From: Candidatus Omnitrophota bacterium
GTDB lineage: Bacteria; Omnitrophota; Omnitrophia; Omnitrophales; Aquincolibacteriaceae
Direction: 5' to 3'
Length of the DNA: 64,000 nucleotides
NCBI GenBank assembly: GCA_022711115.1
Contig: JAKLFP010000004.1
Span: 178,625-242,624 of the forward strand
A program made the translations under genes and the position numbers. Positions 46,671 through 58,029 of this stretch are shown here, piece after piece. Below the pieces are notes generated by a model. It saw nothing but the letters and a program-made list of their open reading frames with translations, was not told where the DNA came from and ran no database searches. The stretch's first letter is position 1. Every line of letters starts with the position of its first letter.

Positions 46671-47602
46671 AAGTTTCCTCTATTTCCAAGGAACGGCCAT
46701 ACTGTTTTCGCTACCGACTTCAGGATGCCACTCTCAAAAACTCAATCAAAAACCTAGGAATCTTAATGCCGATAGTCGTGGCTGGAACGAAACGGCCTGT
46801 TGTGGTGGTCGGTTATAAGCGGTTTCAGTTGGCCCGGGAATTGAAACTTCGCGAAGTCATGGTTTTTCAGATTGGCAGACTCAACCCAAGGGAAGCCTTT
46901 CTGATGAATCTTGTTTCAAACTGGCGCCAGAGATTTACGGAGATGGACTGTGTCAAGGCCCTGACCCTGGCGAGCAAGGGATTCCGTTTTCCGGAAAAAG
47001 AAATTCTGGAGTGCGTGATGCCGTTTTTGGGTTTGTCTGGGGAAAAAGGGGTGCTCCAGGCTTATCTTGAAGCGGATGCGCTGTCGCCTGCTTTCAAAGA
47101 TTTTTGTGAGGATGGAAATCTGCCCCTTCGGTGTTTGGCGTCTTTTTTGAAATTTTCCAGGTCAGATCAGAATTATTTTGTTCAAAAAGTCGCCTTCAAA
47201 ATGAAACTCACTAGCTCTCAATTTCTACAGATTGGCGAATGGCTGGCAGATCTTATGAGAGGTTCCGAAAAGTGCCTTGAGCCTCTTCTTAAAAAAAGTC
47301 GGATTTTAAAAGAACTTGAACATCCCTCCATGGATCTTCGGACGAAAGCGGATAGGTTTTTTGAAGCTATGAGACGTTTGCGGTTTCCAGGGTATTCCGC
47401 TTTTCTTGATGAGTTTGCATTAAGAAAGTCGTATTTAACACGCGATGCCAAAAATATTTTCATAGAACCCATAGCAGGGTTTGAGGAAAAGGGCTTTGAA
47501 TTTCATGCTCGTGTCAAAGGTCCCAAAGAGCTGGAGGTGCTTCTTAACACCCTCGCCAAGAAACGCCCCGTGCTTAACTCGTTGTTTGACGTTGTGTTAT
47601 GA
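46643..47602 (+). CDS. ParB/Srx-fold N-terminal domain protein (ParB-like nuclease domain), function unknown
   Basis: 319 aa. N-terminal SIKNLGILMPIVVAGTKRPVVVVGYKRFQLAREL resembles the ParB N-terminal domain. No HTH recognisable. Confidence 0.45.
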   Translation: MARYLIKNLKVSSISKERPYCFRYRLQDATLKNSIKNLGILMPIVVAGTKRPVVVVGYKRFQLARELKLREVMVFQIGRLNPREAFLMNLVSNWRQRFTEMDCVKALTLASKGFRFPEKEILECVMPFLGLSGEKGVLQAYLEADALSPAFKDFCEDGNLPLRCLASFLKFSRSDQNYFVQKVAFKMKLTSSQFLQIGEWLADLMRGSEKCLEPLLKKSRILKELEHPSMDLRTKADRFFEAMRRLRFPGYSAFLDEFALRKSYLTRDAKNIFIEPIAGFEEKGFEFHARVKGPKELEVLLNTLAKKRPVLNSLFDVVL

Positions 47603-47635
47603 TTACTATAAAATAGATAATTCGGTAATCATAAG

Positions 47636-49549
47636 ATGAAAAAAACCCTTTTTATAAGTTTCCTTTTTCTGGTCTTCTTCAAGGCATACGTGTGCGCTGA
47701 AGACGTGCGTGTTACCGCCTCGGTGAACAAACGTTCTGCCCAGGTCGGAGAAGAAATCCGTTTAAATATTCGTGTAGAGGGTCAAAACATGAATCTTCAG
47801 GCCCCACGGTTGCCCAAGATGGAAAGTTTTGATACTTACTACACTGGGCGTGCTTCGCACATCACATTCATCAATGGCGGTTCGACTTCCAATATCGAGT
47901 TCAGTTACACCCTTGTGCCCCAAAAGGCCGGACGATTCACATTGAATTCCGTTGAAGTTCAGGTCGGGTCAAAAGTTTTTCCCACCGAACCGATTATTCT
48001 CGAGGTTGCTGAAAGCCAAGCCCAGACGCCAAGATTTTCGCCGACTGGTTCTGCGGGGCCGGTGACGCAGCCTTTGCCGACTCAAATGCCTCAACCTGTT
48101 CCTCAAAATCAGCCTTCGGTCATTGCTCCCGAAAATGATGACAATATTTTTGTTCAGGCGTGGGTGGATCGAAAGACCGTATATCAAAATCAGCAGGTCC
48201 TTTTAACCTACTCCCTCTATACCCGTTACGATACGCGCTATGAGGGTTTTGAAAAAGAGCCTGAAACAAGCGGTTTTTGGATCGAAGAATTTCCCATGGA
48301 ACGGGAAATCGAGCGGGAAACGATCAAAGTGAATGGTAAACGTTATGTTAAGGCTGATGTAAAAAAACTAGCCTTGTTTCCTACGGCGCCCGGCAACTAT
48401 ACGATACAACCGGGCAGTCTTAAAGTGTCTGTCCGCGAAGAGCCGCAAGGTTCCAATGCTTTTGATGAATTTTTCAGCGACAGTTTTTTTACGGGCGGTT
48501 CTTTTTTCGCACGACGGCAGAACCGGTTACTTAATCCGCCTGTGATTCAGCTGACCGTGAAACCTTTGCCCGATGTGGGGAAACCGGAAAGCTTTCAGGG
48601 TGCCGTGGGCTCCTTCCGTATTTCAGCGACGATCGACAAGAACAAAGTCAAACAAAATGAGCCGGTCACGCTCAAGGTGAATATTGAAGGGGAAGGGAAT
48701 ATAGAAACCATCAATCGTCCCAAGTTGCCCGGATTGACAGGATTCAAAACCTATGATGCGGATACAAATTCCAAACTTTTTAAGACCGGAAATGTAATCG
48801 GCGGTACGAAAAGTTTTGAAATTGTTTTTATCCCCAAAAATGAGGGCAATGCGTTCATCCCGCCGCTTGCGTTCAGCTATTTTGATCCGCGACAGGAAAA
48901 ATATGTGACTCTGCAGACACCGAATTTTCCAATCCAGGTAGAACATTCGGATCAGTCCTTTCAAATGCCGGAGGATATGACCGGCAAGGCCATGTTCCAG
49001 AAGCAGGTCAAACTTGAAGGGAAAGACGTTCGCTATATCGAGGAAAAACTTCCGGATCTGTTGCCGATGCGTCTTGGAGGTTTGGCCTATCGTGTCCTTG
49101 CCTGGCTGGATCTTCTCTTGTTTGTTATTTTGGTCTTTCTTTGGGGGAAGGACCGGCAGGAAAGACTTTTTTCGAAAGATGCCGCGCTACGCCGGAGGAA
49201 AACAGCCCGATCCGTGGCATCCATAAATATTAGGAGATTAAAAAAAATCGCACAGTCTTCTAAAGAGGAAGATACAAAAGAATTTTTTGTCGAACTGGAA
49301 AAAGCCATGACACAGTACATGGCTGACAAATGGAATCTTTCGACTTATGGCGTCACAAGGCATGATCTCGAAGAGACCTTGGCCATGCATTTTGGAAGTG
49401 ATGATCCTCATCTCCAGGATATCCTCGGGCTTTATGCTCTCTGCGATGAATCTCGCTTTGGAAAAGGATCAATACCCCAGGCGTCCAAAAAAATGGGAAT
49501 CAAAATTTTTCAGGATACCGTCAACCGTATCGAAAGGATGAGAAAATGA
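47636..49549 (+). CDS. batD: BatD-family (aerotolerance/oxygen-tolerance operon) protein
   Basis: 637 aa. Signal peptide, BatD-like N-terminal beta-rich domain, Pro/Gln-rich linker, C-terminal TM (LDLLLFVILVFLWG). Confidence 0.7.
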   Translation: MKKTLFISFLFLVFFKAYVCAEDVRVTASVNKRSAQVGEEIRLNIRVEGQNMNLQAPRLPKMESFDTYYTGRASHITFINGGSTSNIEFSYTLVPQKAGRFTLNSVEVQVGSKVFPTEPIILEVAESQAQTPRFSPTGSAGPVTQPLPTQMPQPVPQNQPSVIAPENDDNIFVQAWVDRKTVYQNQQVLLTYSLYTRYDTRYEGFEKEPETSGFWIEEFPMEREIERETIKVNGKRYVKADVKKLALFPTAPGNYTIQPGSLKVSVREEPQGSNAFDEFFSDSFFTGGSFFARRQNRLLNPPVIQLTVKPLPDVGKPESFQGAVGSFRISATIDKNKVKQNEPVTLKVNIEGEGNIETINRPKLPGLTGFKTYDADTNSKLFKTGNVIGGTKSFEIVFIPKNEGNAFIPPLAFSYFDPRQEKYVTLQTPNFPIQVEHSDQSFQMPEDMTGKAMFQKQVKLEGKDVRYIEEKLPDLLPMRLGGLAYRVLAWLDLLLFVILVFLWGKDRQERLFSKDAALRRRKTARSVASINIRRLKKIAQSSKEEDTKEFFVELEKAMTQYMADKWNLSTYGVTRHDLEETLAMHFGSDDPHLQDILGLYALCDESRFGKGSIPQASKKMGIKIFQDTVNRIERMRK

Positions 49550-50301
49550 GACGGTTTTTTGTATTGTTATTCGGCTTGTGTTGCATGCCGGTGGCATTAG
49601 GTGCGACAGCTGACATAAAGTCAGCATTCCAAGAAGCAAATACGAGTTACCGAACAGGGGATTATGCGAAAGCTGCAGCGCAGTATGAAAATTTGGTACA
49701 GCAAAACATTCATTTTTCCGCAATTTATTATGATTTAGGAAATACTTACGTACGGCTCGGTCATTTGAGCAAAGCTATTTTAAATTTTGAAAAAGCGCTT
49801 CGGCTCGACCCGCGAAATAACGACATTCGGCACAATTTAAGTTACACACGCGGTCTTTTAGAGTATCGTGTGGAGGATTCGCGGAACTGGTATTTGAAAG
49901 CTTCAGAGCATATTTTGAAATATATCACCGAAGAAGAAATCAACAGCGTTGTACTGGGCGTCATATTTGTTTTTTTAGTCGGGGGCATATTTGGTTTTGT
50001 AACGGGACGGGGCAGTTTTTGGAGCGCATGGCAGAGGTTTGTTTTCATCATGCTGCTATCTGTCGGGTTGGTTGCTTTTGGAAAACAAGTGCAAAGCAAT
50101 TTGATTCGCGATGCGATAGTGATGCAGAAGGAGTGCGAAGCTCGTTATGGGCCTTCCGAACATGATCAGGTTGCATTTCGGATGGGAGAAGGAATCAAGG
50201 TTTTTGTTGTGGATCGTCGTGAAGACTGGAGCCGCGTGCTTCTCACGAACGGGGATAGCGGGTGGGTAAAAAATACGGACATTGCCGAGGTAAAAATATA
50301 G
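49546..50301 (+). CDS. batE: BatE-like TPR + SH3b domain membrane protein
   Basis: 251 aa. Start overlaps the batD stop (ATGA). Signal peptide, two TPRs, two TM, C-terminal SH3-like segment (VFVVDRREDWSRVLLTNGDSGWV). Confidence 0.6.
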   Translation: MRRFFVLLFGLCCMPVALGATADIKSAFQEANTSYRTGDYAKAAAQYENLVQQNIHFSAIYYDLGNTYVRLGHLSKAILNFEKALRLDPRNNDIRHNLSYTRGLLEYRVEDSRNWYLKASEHILKYITEEEINSVVLGVIFVFLVGGIFGFVTGRGSFWSAWQRFVFIMLLSVGLVAFGKQVQSNLIRDAIVMQKECEARYGPSEHDQVAFRMGEGIKVFVVDRREDWSRVLLTNGDSGWVKNTDIAEVKI

Positions 50302-50304
50302 ATC

Positions 50305-51498
50305 ATGAAAAAAAATCCAGATTCAAAAGGACATTTCGGCCCTTATGGCGGGCGGTATATTCCTGAAACCTTGAGCAGGGCCGCTGAAGAACTGACGCGA
50401 GCCTATCAAGAGATCAAAAAAGATAAAAAGTTTCAGGAAGAGCTTCGCTATTATCTGGATACCTACGCCGGTCGACCGAGCAAACTCTATGAAGCCAAGA
50501 ATTTGTCTGCTTATTTCGGAAGAGGCAGGATATTCTTCAAGCGTGAGGATCTTTGTCATACTGGCTCGCATAAATTGAATAATGCTCTCGGTCAAGGACT
50601 TTTGGCCAAGCGTCTCGGGAAGACCAGAATCGTGGCGGAAACCGGTGCGGGGCAGCATGGCGTGGCGTCGGCGACAGTGGCGTGTGTGCTGGGTCTCAAA
50701 TGTGTTGTTTACATGGGTGTAGTGGATATAGCAAGACAGGCTCTTAACGTTTACAAAATGAAGCTGTTGGGAGCGGAGGTGCGGCCGGTTCATTCGGGTT
50801 CTAAGACTTTAAAGGATGCCACCAATGAAGCGATCCGCGATTGGGTGACCAATGTGGAAGACACGCACTATCTTATCGGGTCGGTGGTGGGGATGCACCC
50901 GTATCCCATGATGGTCCGGGAATTTCAATCGGTGATCGGCAGGGAAACACGGCAGCAAATTTTGAAAGTTGTCGGTCGTTTACCCAACTATCTTCTGGCT
51001 TGTGTCGGCGGTGGAAGCAATGCCATCGGTTTTTTCTATGCCTTTCTCAAAGATCGAAATATTCGGATCATCGGTGTTGAGGCTGCGGGTGCTGGGATTC
51101 AAAGCAGTCATCATGCGGCTTCCTTGACGAAAGGGAAACCCGGCATTCTTCATGGCATGAAAAGTTATCTTCTTCAAGACAAGGACGGGCAGGTGCAGAT
51201 CGCGCATTCGATTTCCGCCGGGCTTGATTATCCATCCGTGGGTCCTGAACATTCTTATCTCAAGGATTCTGGCCGTGTATCTTATTACCCTGTGACCGAT
51301 CGGGATGCGCTGTGCGGTTTTGAACTGCTTACGAAACTGGAGGGGATTATGCCTGCTCTCGAACCCTCACACGCACTGGGTTATTTACCGAAGCTGATGC
51401 CCAAGACGAAAAAAAATGATATTGTCATCGTTTGTTTATCCGGGCGTGGCGACAAGGATATCGATACGGTCAAGCAATATCTTGGGGCAGAAAAATGA
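50305..51498 (+). CDS. trpB: Tryptophan synthase beta chain
   Basis: 397 aa. PLP-lysine motif [21 protein letters not shown]. Confidence 0.92.
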   Translation: MKKNPDSKGHFGPYGGRYIPETLSRAAEELTRAYQEIKKDKKFQEELRYYLDTYAGRPSKLYEAKNLSAYFGRGRIFFKREDLCHTGSHKLNNALGQGLLAKRLGKTRIVAETGAGQHGVASATVACVLGLKCVVYMGVVDIARQALNVYKMKLLGAEVRPVHSGSKTLKDATNEAIRDWVTNVEDTHYLIGSVVGMHPYPMMVREFQSVIGRETRQQILKVVGRLPNYLLACVGGGSNAIGFFYAFLKDRNIRIIGVEAAGAGIQSSHHAASLTKGKPGILHGMKSYLLQDKDGQVQIAHSISAGLDYPSVGPEHSYLKDSGRVSYYPVTDRDALCGFELLTKLEGIMPALEPSHALGYLPKLMPKTKKNDIVIVCLSGRGDKDIDTVKQYLGAEK

Positions 51499-52298
51499 AG
51501 CCAATGAAAACCAAGAACCTTTTAAATGGCAAGATCAGTCAAGCAAAAAAAGGGAAGCAAAAACTTTTTTGCGTTTTTCTCACACTAGGTTATCCGAATC
51601 TTGTGGCTACGGAGCGCCTTATTTTGTTCTGCGAAAAGGCGGGGGTCGATATTTTGGAACTAGGATTTCCGTTCTCCGATCCGCTTGCGGACGGTCCGAC
51701 AATCCAATTTTCTTCGGAACAGGCGCTCAAGAAGCATGTCACCATCAAAGATGCGTTCCAGGTTGTCCGTCATGTTCGCCAAAAAGGCTGTCGAATGCCG
51801 ATCGTTTTTTTCGGTTATTTCAATCCCATTTATGCGTATGGGAAAAAAGATTTTGCAAGCGATGCCAAAACAGCTGGTTTTGACGGGATTATTGTTCCGG
51901 ATTTGACGCCTGAAGAAGAAAAAGATTTTCAAGCGGATTGCCGCAAAAAAGATCTTTCGCAGATTTTTTTGGTTGCACCGACGACGTCAGATGCTCGCGC
52001 GAGTAAAATAATCCATAAATCTCAAGGTTTTGTTTATTATGTCTCACTTCGCGGCGTGACCGGAGCGCGCAAGACAGTGCCGTCGGATCTTAAAGGACAG
52101 TTGAACCAACTTCGGAAAATGTCCAGAAAACCGTTTTTGGTTGGGTTCGGAGTTTCGATGCCAGAACAGGCTAGAGACATCAGCAAAATGAGCGATGGAG
52201 TCATCGTGGGGAGTGCCGTGATCGAGCATTTGAAGCTTGGGATTAGATCTGCAGAACGCTTTATTGAAAAAATGTCTCAAGCTGTGCATCGTCCATGA
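51495..52298 (+). CDS. trpA: Tryptophan synthase alpha chain
   Basis: Start overlaps the trpB stop (ATGA). [26 protein letters not shown] open further upstream, but MKPMK at 51495 is preferred. Confidence 0.9.
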   Translation: MKPMKTKNLLNGKISQAKKGKQKLFCVFLTLGYPNLVATERLILFCEKAGVDILELGFPFSDPLADGPTIQFSSEQALKKHVTIKDAFQVVRHVRQKGCRMPIVFFGYFNPIYAYGKKDFASDAKTAGFDGIIVPDLTPEEEKDFQADCRKKDLSQIFLVAPTTSDARASKIIHKSQGFVYYVSLRGVTGARKTVPSDLKGQLNQLRKMSRKPFLVGFGVSMPEQARDISKMSDGVIVGSAVIEHLKLGIRSAERFIEKMSQAVHRP

Positions 52299-52741
52299 CA
52301 TCGGGTTTTTTAGGTCTTGATTTTGGGGAAAAAAGGATCGGTGTTGCGGTAGTTCCGAGAGGAACAACCATCGCTTTTCCCGTATGTGTGATTTTCCGAA
52401 AAGGGCGCGAACAGGTTTTGGCTGAGATAAAACGACTCCTTACTGAGCATAAAGCGGAGACACTCGTGGTCGGACTTCCCAAAACGCTTCGCGGGGAGCT
52501 GGGGCCGGCGGCAGAAAAATTGCTCAAAGAAATTGAATGGTATCGGTTGCAGATCCAAGTGCCTATTGTGCTTTGGGATGAACGCCTGTCATCTAAGGAA
52601 GCGGAACGGATTTTGCTGGATGCGGACGTGCATCGCGAAAAGCGCAAAGAAGTTATCGATCAGTTGGCAGCCCAAAGGATTCTGCAGAATTATGTGGATG
52701 CGCAAATCATTAAAAAAAATGATCATGAAGTAAACCGTTAG
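52295..52741 (+). CDS. ruvX: Putative pre-16S rRNA nuclease / Holliday-junction-resolvase-like YqgF
   Basis: 148 aa. N-terminal LGLDFGEKRIGVAV. Start overlaps the trpA stop. Confidence 0.85.
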   Translation: MTSGFLGLDFGEKRIGVAVVPRGTTIAFPVCVIFRKGREQVLAEIKRLLTEHKAETLVVGLPKTLRGELGPAAEKLLKEIEWYRLQIQVPIVLWDERLSSKEAERILLDADVHREKRKEVIDQLAAQRILQNYVDAQIIKKNDHEVNR

Positions 52742-52750
52742 GGAGTTTTT

Positions 52751-54031
52751 ATGAGCTATCAATTTACGACCACCGAAAATGGGTTGAGGATTTTGACGGT
52801 ACCGATGGTTAACCGTGATTCGGCTGGTGTTGCGATTTGGGTCAAGACGGGCGGTCGTTATGAGAGTAAAAAATTGTCGGGTATTTCTCATATTCTCGAG
52901 CATATGCTCTTTAAGGGGACGCAGCGGCGTACGATCCGACAGATCAAGGAAGAAATCGAGGGAGTGGGTGGTGTCCTCAATGCGTTCACAGGAGAAGAGG
53001 CAACTTGTTATTTTTCAAAAATACTCAAACCGTATTATCCTCGGGCCTTAGATGTTCTTTCCGATATGGTGCTTAACGCTACGATCCCCTCGGATGAATT
53101 AGCGAAAGAAAAAACCGTGATTATTGAGGAAATCAAAATGTATCGTGATCTTCCGTCTCAACATGTGCATGATTTGATGGGAGAGCTCCTCTGGCCGAAC
53201 CAGCCGCTAGGGCGCTCGCTCGCCGGAACACCGGAAACGGTTTCGCAGATGACTCGTTCGGATATTTTAGGATACAAAAGAAACTATTATCATCCGAGCA
53301 ATATCCTGGTTTCGGTTTCCGGGAATGTGGATCATGAGGAGGTGCTCGAAAGCGTTGCATCGATCTATGGGAAGTGCCAATCAAAGAAAATATCGGTTTT
53401 TTTAAGATCGGAAAGCTCTCAAGCAAAGCCGCGGACACACTATTACGAGAAAAAGACCGAACAAACCCATCTGGTGATTGGGTTTCATGCCTTGTCGCGA
53501 ATGCACCCTGACCGCTATAAGCTTGGGCTTTTGCATGTGATTCTTGGAGCCAATATGTCGAGCCGTTTATTTGAGGAAGTCCGAGAGAAACGCGGTCTTG
53601 CCTATGAAATTAAATCGAACATTGCCGCCTATCATGATGCCGGTGCCTTTACGGTTTCAGCAGGCGTGGAAACAAAGAAGACCGCAAGGGCGGTCAGTGT
53701 GATTCTCAAGGAGCTTTCAAAAATCAGGAAAAATCTTGTCAAGACGGGTGAACTTCGGCGTGCCAAGGACTATTTTATGAGCCAGGTTTATTTGGGGGTT
53801 GAGGACACGCTAGATCATCTTCTTTGGGTGGGTGAAAAAGGGCTGTGTTCAGGAGAACTTCCTGATAAAGAGGACATCCGCCGGAACGTGGAGTCGGTGA
53901 CACTTGAAGAAATTCAAGATGTCGCAAAACGGCTTTTTCAAACCCGGAATCTCAATTTGTCGTTGATTGGACCCGTGTCCGAGGCGATGCAAAAAGAAAT
54001 TACAAAAAATCTTGTGATCGAAGGTTCATGA
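52751..54031 (+). CDS. M16-family (insulinase/pitrilysin-like) zinc peptidase
   Basis: 426 aa. Inverted zinc motif HILEHMLFKGT (HxxEH) plus downstream Glu. Confidence 0.8.
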   Translation: MSYQFTTTENGLRILTVPMVNRDSAGVAIWVKTGGRYESKKLSGISHILEHMLFKGTQRRTIRQIKEEIEGVGGVLNAFTGEEATCYFSKILKPYYPRALDVLSDMVLNATIPSDELAKEKTVIIEEIKMYRDLPSQHVHDLMGELLWPNQPLGRSLAGTPETVSQMTRSDILGYKRNYYHPSNILVSVSGNVDHEEVLESVASIYGKCQSKKISVFLRSESSQAKPRTHYYEKKTEQTHLVIGFHALSRMHPDRYKLGLLHVILGANMSSRLFEEVREKRGLAYEIKSNIAAYHDAGAFTVSAGVETKKTARAVSVILKELSKIRKNLVKTGELRRAKDYFMSQVYLGVEDTLDHLLWVGEKGLCSGELPDKEDIRRNVESVTLEEIQDVAKRLFQTRNLNLSLIGPVSEAMQKEITKNLVIEGS

Positions 54032-54032
54032 T

Positions 54033-54695
54033 ATGAAGACTTCAGGGAAAATTCTTCTTGCTCCAAGTTTGCTTTCCGCGGATTTTTCACGGTTGGCAGA
54101 GGAAATCCGGGATGTGGAAAATGCAGGCTGCGATTGGCTTCATGTGGATGTTATGGACGGGCATTTTGTACCAAATTTGACGATCGGTCCCGTCGTTGTG
54201 AATGCGATCCGGAAAGTCACAAAAATGCCGCTGGATGTTCATTTGATGATCGATGCTCCCGGTCGCTATATTGAAGAATTCAGGAAGGCTGGAGCGGATT
54301 GGATCACCCTTCACGTTGAAGCGGAGAAAGATATCCGGGAAACGCTGCTAGCAATTAAGAGGCTCGGTGCGAAGGCAGGTCTTTCGCTTCGTCCTAAAAC
54401 CACTATTGCCGAACTAGAGCCGTATTTAAATGATCTGGATCTGATTCTTGTTATGTCCGTGGAACCCGGTTTCGGAGGGCAGTCATTCATGCCGGAGACG
54501 ATGGCGAAGGTCAAAACATTGCGTTCCAAGTTCTCAAAACTTATTTCGGTGGATGGCGGGATCGACCCAAAGAATGCCTCTCAAGCGATCGTAGCCGGTG
54601 CGAACGTTCTGGTGGCGGGCAGCGCCATTTTTGGAAAAAAAGATCGTGGTCAGGCCATTCAAGATTTCCGAGAAGTCTGCAAGAAATCCTCCTGA
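54033..54695 (+). CDS. rpe: Ribulose-phosphate 3-epimerase
   Basis: 220 aa. [27 protein letters not shown] motifs. Confidence 0.9.
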   Translation: MKTSGKILLAPSLLSADFSRLAEEIRDVENAGCDWLHVDVMDGHFVPNLTIGPVVVNAIRKVTKMPLDVHLMIDAPGRYIEEFRKAGADWITLHVEAEKDIRETLLAIKRLGAKAGLSLRPKTTIAELEPYLNDLDLILVMSVEPGFGGQSFMPETMAKVKTLRSKFSKLISVDGGIDPKNASQAIVAGANVLVAGSAIFGKKDRGQAIQDFREVCKKSS

Positions 54696-56476
54696 TGGAT
54701 CCTAAAAAAATACGTAATTTCTCAATTATCGCGCATATTGACCACGGAAAATCCACGCTCGCGGACCGTCTTTTGCTTCATACGGGGGCGATTAGCAAAC
54801 GTGAATTCCGCGATCAAATCCTTGATGATATGGAACTTGAACGGGAACGCGGGATTACGATCAAGGCGAGGGCCGTGCGTATCCACTACAAAGGCTATTG
54901 GCTCAATTTGATCGATACACCTGGGCATATCGACTTCACTTATGAAGTTTCCAAAAGCCTCGCGGCCTGTGAAGGCGTGCTGCTTCTCGTGGATGCCGGG
55001 CAGGGGATCCAGGCGCAGACGGTGACAAATCTTTATCTGGCGATGGAGCGCAATCTGACGATTATCCCTATCATCACGAAGATCGATCTGCCGACCGCTG
55101 AGCCGGAAAAAGTCAAAAAAGAACTGGTCGATTTTCTTGGGGTGAATGAAAAAGAAATCATTTTATCGAGCGCGAAGACAGGGGAGGGGACAGAGGAAAT
55201 TTTACAGGCGATCATCGAAAAGCTCCCTCATCCCAAGGGGGATCCTGAAAAACCGCTCAAGGCGCTGATCTTTGATTCTAAATATGACAGCTATCAGGGT
55301 GTGGTGGCATATTTCCGTGTTTTTGACGGGAAACTTCATGCCCATGAACAGGTGTTGATGATGCAGACGAATACCGCGCATGAAATCGATGAGATCGGGA
55401 TCTTCAATCCGAATCCGGAGGCAGTGACTGAACTGAGTGCCGGGGCTGTGGGGTATCTGAACGCGAATATCAAGAATATTTCGGAGGTGAAGATCGGAGA
55501 TACGTTGACGCTCGCGTCGAATCCTGCATCGGAACCTCTGCCGGGTTATCAGGACGTGAAGCCGATGGTGTTTTGCGGGCTTTATCCGATTCAGGCAAAA
55601 GATTTTACGCTTTTACGGGATGCGCTGGCAAAGCTCCGCCTCAATGATTCTTCCTTTGTCTATGAACCGGAATCCTCCGCGTCTTTGGGACACGGATACC
55701 GTTGCGGTTTTCTCGGCCTCTTGCATATGGACATCATCAAGGAACGTCTTGAACGCGAGTTCAATCTTCAGCTTCTGATCACGGCGCCGAACGTTGTTTA
55801 TAAAGTGCTGACTACCAAAGGTGATATTCTCGAGCTTGAAAATCCAACAAAATTGCCTCCGGTCCAGCAAATCGAGATCATCGAAGAACCCTATATCCGC
55901 GCACATGTTATGATCCCGTCGACTGCTTTAGGAGTGATCATGCAGCTTTGCCAGGATCGTCGCGGGAATTATATCAGCACGGAGTATCTCGATGCGACCC
56001 GTGCGGTTTTGACTTATGAGATTCCGTTTTCGGAGATCGTGATGGATTTTTATGATAAAATCAAATCCCTCACTGCGGGGTATGGCTCCTTGAATTATGA
56101 ATTTATCGGACATAAACCGTCCGATCTTGTGAAGCTTGATATCCTGATCAATGGGGAGCCGGTGGATGCACTTGCGATCATTACGTGGAAAGAGAAAGCT
56201 TATCCGCGCGGCAAGGCGCTTGTGGAAAAGCTCAAAGAAGTGATCCCGAGGCAGATGTTCGAAGTCGTGATTCAGGCTGCGATCGGGGCCAAAATCATTG
56301 CCCGAGATTCCATCTCGGCGATCAAAAAAAATGTAACTGCCAAATGCTACGGCGGGGATATCACGCGAAAGCGGAAGCTTTGGGAACGGCAAAAAGAAGG
56401 GAAGAAACGCATGAAAAAGATCGGACGCGTGGACCTGCCACAAGAGGCTTTTATCAGCGTTCTGAAGGTGGATTAG
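54695..56476 (+). CDS. lepA: Elongation factor 4 (translational GTPase LepA)
   Basis: 593 aa. G1 [10 protein letters not shown]3 DTPGH, NKID (here TKID), LepA C-terminal domain. Start overlaps the rpe stop (TGATG). Confidence 0.92.
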   Translation: MDPKKIRNFSIIAHIDHGKSTLADRLLLHTGAISKREFRDQILDDMELERERGITIKARAVRIHYKGYWLNLIDTPGHIDFTYEVSKSLAACEGVLLLVDAGQGIQAQTVTNLYLAMERNLTIIPIITKIDLPTAEPEKVKKELVDFLGVNEKEIILSSAKTGEGTEEILQAIIEKLPHPKGDPEKPLKALIFDSKYDSYQGVVAYFRVFDGKLHAHEQVLMMQTNTAHEIDEIGIFNPNPEAVTELSAGAVGYLNANIKNISEVKIGDTLTLASNPASEPLPGYQDVKPMVFCGLYPIQAKDFTLLRDALAKLRLNDSSFVYEPESSASLGHGYRCGFLGLLHMDIIKERLEREFNLQLLITAPNVVYKVLTTKGDILELENPTKLPPVQQIEIIEEPYIRAHVMIPSTALGVIMQLCQDRRGNYISTEYLDATRAVLTYEIPFSEIVMDFYDKIKSLTAGYGSLNYEFIGHKPSDLVKLDILINGEPVDALAIITWKEKAYPRGKALVEKLKEVIPRQMFEVVIQAAIGAKIIARDSISAIKKNVTAKCYGGDITRKRKLWERQKEGKKRMKKIGRVDLPQEAFISVLKVD

Positions 56477-56477
56477 T

Positions 56478-57143
56478 ATGGAAAATAATGTTATGACCAT
56501 GGTGCGGGCCTATAGCTGGATTCCCTTGGTATTGCTTGTACTGGCGTTTATTTATCGCGCGAAGCTGGTTAGCGAATGGAAATTTGCAAGGTCCCAGACA
56601 AAACAGTGGCTATTTGAGAAATGGAAAAATTGGGGAGAGCCGTTGCTGATCGCTGCGGTGCTCGCTATTGTGATCCGGACTTTTCTGTTTGGACCTTACC
56701 AAATCCCTACGGGATCCATGAAGCCTACCTTCATGGAAAACGACAAGATCTTTGTCGACAAATTGAGTTATCGTTTTCGTGAACCAGTACGCGGAGACAT
56801 CATTGTTTTCAAGTATCCGCTTGATCGTAAAAAAGATTATGTGAAACGGCTTGTCGGTCTTCCTGGGGATACCATAGAGATTCGTAAAGGGGTCATTTTG
56901 GTGAACGGTAAACCGATGACGGATCCTCCGTTCAGCAAGAATATCTATTACAATGTTGAGGAGTGGGAATATGGGAAATCCGGGCAAGTGATTCATGTGC
57001 CGGAGGGGCGTTATTTTGCATTGGGTGACAACTCGGCTCATTCGGCAGATAGCCGCCAGTGGGGATTTATCGTGCGCAAAGATATTATCGGTAAGGCTTT
57101 TATGATCTGGTGGCCGCCCAAACGCATTTCAATGACACGCTGA
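56478..57143 (+). CDS. lepB: Signal peptidase I
   Basis: 221 aa. TM. Catalytic Ser in GSMKPTF and Lys in VKRLVGLPGD. Box E GDNS. Confidence 0.85.
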   Translation: MENNVMTMVRAYSWIPLVLLVLAFIYRAKLVSEWKFARSQTKQWLFEKWKNWGEPLLIAAVLAIVIRTFLFGPYQIPTGSMKPTFMENDKIFVDKLSYRFREPVRGDIIVFKYPLDRKKDYVKRLVGLPGDTIEIRKGVILVNGKPMTDPPFSKNIYYNVEEWEYGKSGQVIHVPEGRYFALGDNSAHSADSRQWGFIVRKDIIGKAFMIWWPPKRISMTR

Positions 57144-57273
57144 TTTTGACTACGCAGGAATTCGTATTTTAAATAGAAACCTTAAAATTTATAAAGTTTT
57201 TCTTTACTGATTTCGAATTTCCGTTAAATCTTCCTTCCCATTTGCCGTAAATAGATGTGCGGAGGAAATAGAA

Positions 57274-57882
57274 ATGCAAACGGAATTATTCGAAATGACA
57301 TCATCGCAAGACACTCAAGAAGAATCTTCAGTCCCGGCTTCCACCTTTCTTGAAAAAACATTTATTTCGTTAAAAATAGATCAAGCAATCGGTCTTTTTC
57401 TTGCGTTGCTTGTTTTTTACGTGCTTACGTTTTCTTGGGGAGTTGAAAAAGGAAAAAAAATTGTTCTCGGAAGCCAAAGGGTGGCTCAGGAGACTGTCGC
57501 AACGCAGACGGTGTCGGAAGCCCCTACACCTGTTGCAAATGTTCCTGAAAAGAAGGGTTGGGTCGCAGGGGCGAAGGCTGATGTACCTCAGGAAGTGCCG
57601 ATTCCCGTTTCAGAACTTCCAAAACCTGTGGCTGCTGTGTATAGGCCGGAAGGAAAGTTTACGATTCAGCATGTGACCTATCTGACCCCGACCATTGCAG
57701 ATCGTGAAGTTCAGAAATTGGCCAAATTAGGACAACCCTCTTTTGTGATTCCAACGGGCAAACATTTTTTGGTTTGCATTGATTCTTTTCAAACCCGCAA
57801 GGAGGCTATGAGGCAACTTAAGCAACTCAAAATGCAGCAGATTATTTCTACGGACGCTTATGTTCGTCCCTTGCCAAGTTAA
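57274..57882 (+). CDS. Membrane-anchored SPOR-domain protein
   Basis: 202 aa. One TM (IGLFLALLVFYVLTF). C-terminal SPOR-like fold (FTIQHVTYLTPTIADREVQKL...FLVCIDSFQTRKEA). RBS GGAGGA. Confidence 0.55.
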   Translation: MQTELFEMTSSQDTQEESSVPASTFLEKTFISLKIDQAIGLFLALLVFYVLTFSWGVEKGKKIVLGSQRVAQETVATQTVSEAPTPVANVPEKKGWVAGAKADVPQEVPIPVSELPKPVAAVYRPEGKFTIQHVTYLTPTIADREVQKLAKLGQPSFVIPTGKHFLVCIDSFQTRKEAMRQLKQLKMQQIISTDAYVRPLPS

Positions 57883-58029
57883 GGTCTGAAAGGAAATGCT
57901 TCCTGTTTTTTAGATTCTTTTTATTACTTTTCAGCTAGCCAATTTGAAATTCCATCAGTATAATACGTTTTTCCAGCAGCCATGCTGTTCGGGTTGATCC
58001 AAATTCTTAAAAAAGGAGTCTAGTGTCTT

